This document shows positions 60,650 through 64,000 of a DNA stretch of 64,000 nt, in pieces (position 1 is the first letter of the stretch; every line of letters starts with the position of its first letter). A program made the translations under genes and the position numbers. Source of the stretch: the human T2T-CHM13v2.0 reference genome, Homo sapiens. Location of the stretch: assembly GCF_009914755.1 (NCBI RefSeq), contig NC_060926.1. One strand, given 5' to 3'. Under the pieces are notes generated by a model, which was not told where the DNA came from, did no database searches, and saw nothing but the letters and a program-made list of their open reading frames with translations.

Positions 60650-61389
60650 CTACAGCTGGGGTTCTTTGTTCTCCTTCTATGTGATCTTATCTGTACTGGG
60701 AAGTTGGCTTTTTGCTTTAGTGAGTTATTACTAGGGCTTAGATTTTGCTTATAAATTTTCTCGAAAGGCAGGCTTTGACAACTGGGAATTGATTTTTGCA
60801 GGAGGCTTTCTTAATGTCTAATATACTCTACAATATAATGATTATGGCAGGGTGAGAGAGTGGAGCTCTATAACCTTTTAACTGGAGTTCACAGTGTTGG
60901 TATCTGTGCTTTTTAATAATAATTTAGGTATAGAACAAGGCATTCAGGCATCATCACTGACAGGAGCAATGGAGAGAAGTAGGCCTCTATCTGCCTGTGT
61001 GAAAAGTAGTGGTTAGGAAGAAACAGTTCCATTACAATAGGCAAACACCAATATGTGTATATGCATATGTATTTGTAGTTTGTGTGTATGCATGTAGTCA
61101 ATGTACTAGTTAGTTCTCTCAGATTTATGCAAATTAGCCTGTGATTTACAAAATGGTTTGATGAAGACATCTCAAATTTGTAAGGAGGATGACAATGTGC
61201 ATGTGATTGACATGAACTAATTGAACATAATGTCCTAGGCTATTGTTTGCCAGGCAGTTATTGAATGGTGTAAGAGAAATGTCATCATCCTGCTTTACTG
61301 TAAGATAGGTTTTCATCAACAAAAAGAAGAAAGAATATTAAAGCTCTCTTTATGTCATTATGCCCATTGTGTAATTTCTGTGTCAAGAG

Positions 61390-61650
61390 ATGATATAGTG
61401 ATTACATAGTGCTAAGAATACAGAATTTGGAATTAAAAAAACAAAAAATAAAAAATTACCAGTGGAGTCCTATGTCTACCACTAATTTGCTGTGAGATCT
61501 TTACTACCCTCAGAATCTAATCCTGTGAGGAGAGATAATAACAAGATGTACATACCAGATTGCTAAGAATTCACTGAAAGAATGCATGTGAAGTGCTTTG
61601 CAGAGTGCCTGGTATATAATACATTCTTAACAAACATAAGCTATTATCAT
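61390..61650. mobile_element. MIR SINE
   Basis: ctaccactaatttgctgtgagatct...aatgcatgtgaagtgctttgcagagtgcctggtata. Confidence 0.6.
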
Positions 61651-62619
61651 TGACGCTGCATTGTCTTCTAAGTTGGTATTTCTCACTTAGTGTTTTTAAA
61701 ATGGTTGGGGCTCATGGGTGTGAAGGACAATTAACTCCCATGATCTGAACCTATCTCTGTAAAATGTTCAGAGCAAACATCCTCATTTTCTTGTCTGTAT
61801 TTATGAACAGACTTGAAGCAAAAACATCTGTTCTTTTTGGAGTCTTATTTGGTAAAGCTCTCACCCATGTCTCGGAGTCTCCATTCTTTTACTAACTGCC
61901 TTTTTTGCTTGCCTTGTTAATTAACAGTTTCCTGCTTAGCAAGGCATATTTTACCTTGTGCCTTAATTCCTTCTGCCATTCTCTCTGAAATGCATCAAAT
62001 TTTCAGATATCCTTGTCAGTATAGGTTGCTGATGAACCATAAGATAAACAGATGACTCAATGGTTGTGTTATTGGTATACTTCGAGGCACAATTAGAGCT
62101 TGCATGTATTTTTCTCCGCTTCTTTAACTATTATCTATATTACCCAGTGTGTTGACATTTTCTGTGGTAATTTTCTAAATTATATTCCAGTTATTTGGCT
62201 ATATTTTCTAAGTAATATTGAATCAAAGATGGTACCCAGATGAAGTCTATTGTTGAAGCACAAATATCCTCCTCCGTAGGGCATGCATAAGTAACCAATA
62301 AAGACCAGAACATTTCTGATTTCCATAGCGTCTATTCTGAAGCTCAATAGTTTTCTTAGTTGTTCTAGGAGAGCATGAGCTTCTTTATTCATAGGGTATC
62401 TTTCTTTTGCTCTGATATTTCCCCACATATCTTTTTTATAACATGGACACCTTAGTATGTGTTGTCAATTTCAACTAGAAAAATAATTGTTTCGACAATT
62501 CAATAATTTCTCAAATCACAGTTACTAAGTCTCATATAGTTCACCTTTACTTTGTACCAAGAGATTCAAAACTATTTTCATTCAAAGCTATTTTCTTTAT
62601 GACATGACTTGACTATGTG

Positions 62620-62918
<299 letters not shown>

Positions 62919-63203
62919 TGACTGTTTTCTATTATAATTTCTGTTTATTGCCTCTAAAACAAGTTTAAACGTTGTGTGAAAAATACAATACTTAAAGAAA
63001 CAGAAGTACAGTATTTGATACTTATTAATACTTGATACTTTTCTATAATTGATGTCATCCTGGGATTTTATTCAACACTCTGCTCAGTATCTGTATCTTT
63101 CATGGGTTCTGCTTTCTTGCATATTAACTAATTAATCTAGTACTTTAAGGAAAAATACTTCTCTTATTTCTGAGGTGAAGAAATTGAGAAACAGAGAAGT
63201 GCA

Positions 63204-63256
63204 GTGGTCTTACGTGGTCCCGTGATCTTACATGGTCCCATGGTCTTATGTGGTCT
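63204..63256. repeat. 18-bp minisatellite x3 within a MIR
   Basis: gtggtcttacgtggtccc / gtgatcttacatggtccc / atggtcttatgtggtct. Confidence 0.85.
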
Positions 63257-64000
63257 AAATACTTGGAGCAGAGAGAAACACTCAGGACTCCTGATTTGAA
63301 AGCCTTTGTTCTTTCCACTAGAGATAACTAAACTTACAAAAGTGATGTTTATACTGGAACTAGTCTACAGAGTATCAGAAGAAATGATTAGTCAATTAAT
63401 AGAAATGAACTTGCATTTCTATTAAAATTTGTCTCTCCTATCACTGTCACTGATCCTGGAAGGATGCCTTTTATTTGTCCAGGCACATAACAGTGTGATT
63501 TCTAAATGATAGTAATATTAAAAATAAAATATTTTAGCAATGTCATTCCAGAAGTTAATCTATTGTATAACAGTGATCATTTCAGTTTGATGCTTTCTCT
63601 GCTGTGAAGAGAATGTGCAGGCTTTAATATATCATGATGTCTGTTTATTCATTTCTTTCAACTTTTGGTTTAGTGCTTATAAATTACCCGTAACAGATTT
63701 GTAAGTGATCCCTTAGTCATCAAATTTGGTAGTATGATCTAGGAGACTAGTGAAAGATGTTATGCATGCTGAAGAATTCTGGTTGTGGATGTCTTTATAT
63801 GTCTATAAACCTTAAAACCTGACACCGTTGTAACACTGGTATTTCAGAAATAGAGCTAATTTACACTCTGTAAGCTATACATGTTACTAAATTTCTATGT
63901 TACATAGCTCCTAATTTTGGCTGACATAATTTCTAACCCCTAGGACTTTTGAGGTCATGTGATGAACAATTTAAAATAACGGGTATATTGGTCAGGAATC

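Overview
AT-rich, CpG-depleted primate (very probably human) genomic DNA, intronic or intergenic. No host protein-coding gene, RNA gene, CRISPR array or CpG island is supportable. The only protein-like ORFs are broken LINE-1 ORF2 pieces; the rest of the ORF track is chance or Alu/L2-derived. The window is mainly a transposable-element record: a three-level nest at 4960-11319 (MER67-like LTR > complete MST-type MaLR provirus > twin-primed, 5'-inverted L1PA3-like LINE), several other L1s, six Alus, solo LTRs, DNA-transposon relics, MIR/L2 fragments and tandem repeats. I found no new biological system. The best leads are: an old L1 that keeps its 5' end but stops early in ORF2 inside an apparent TSD (55139-59046), a + strand G.U-rich hairpin in non-repetitive sequence (53753-53819), a tandem duplication carrying two differently expanded GATA STRs, a closely spaced inverted Alu pair, and a minus-strand bias of retroelements suggesting a + strand host transcript. 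Repeat subfamily names come from remembered consensus motifs and need RepeatMasker/Dfam confirmation.
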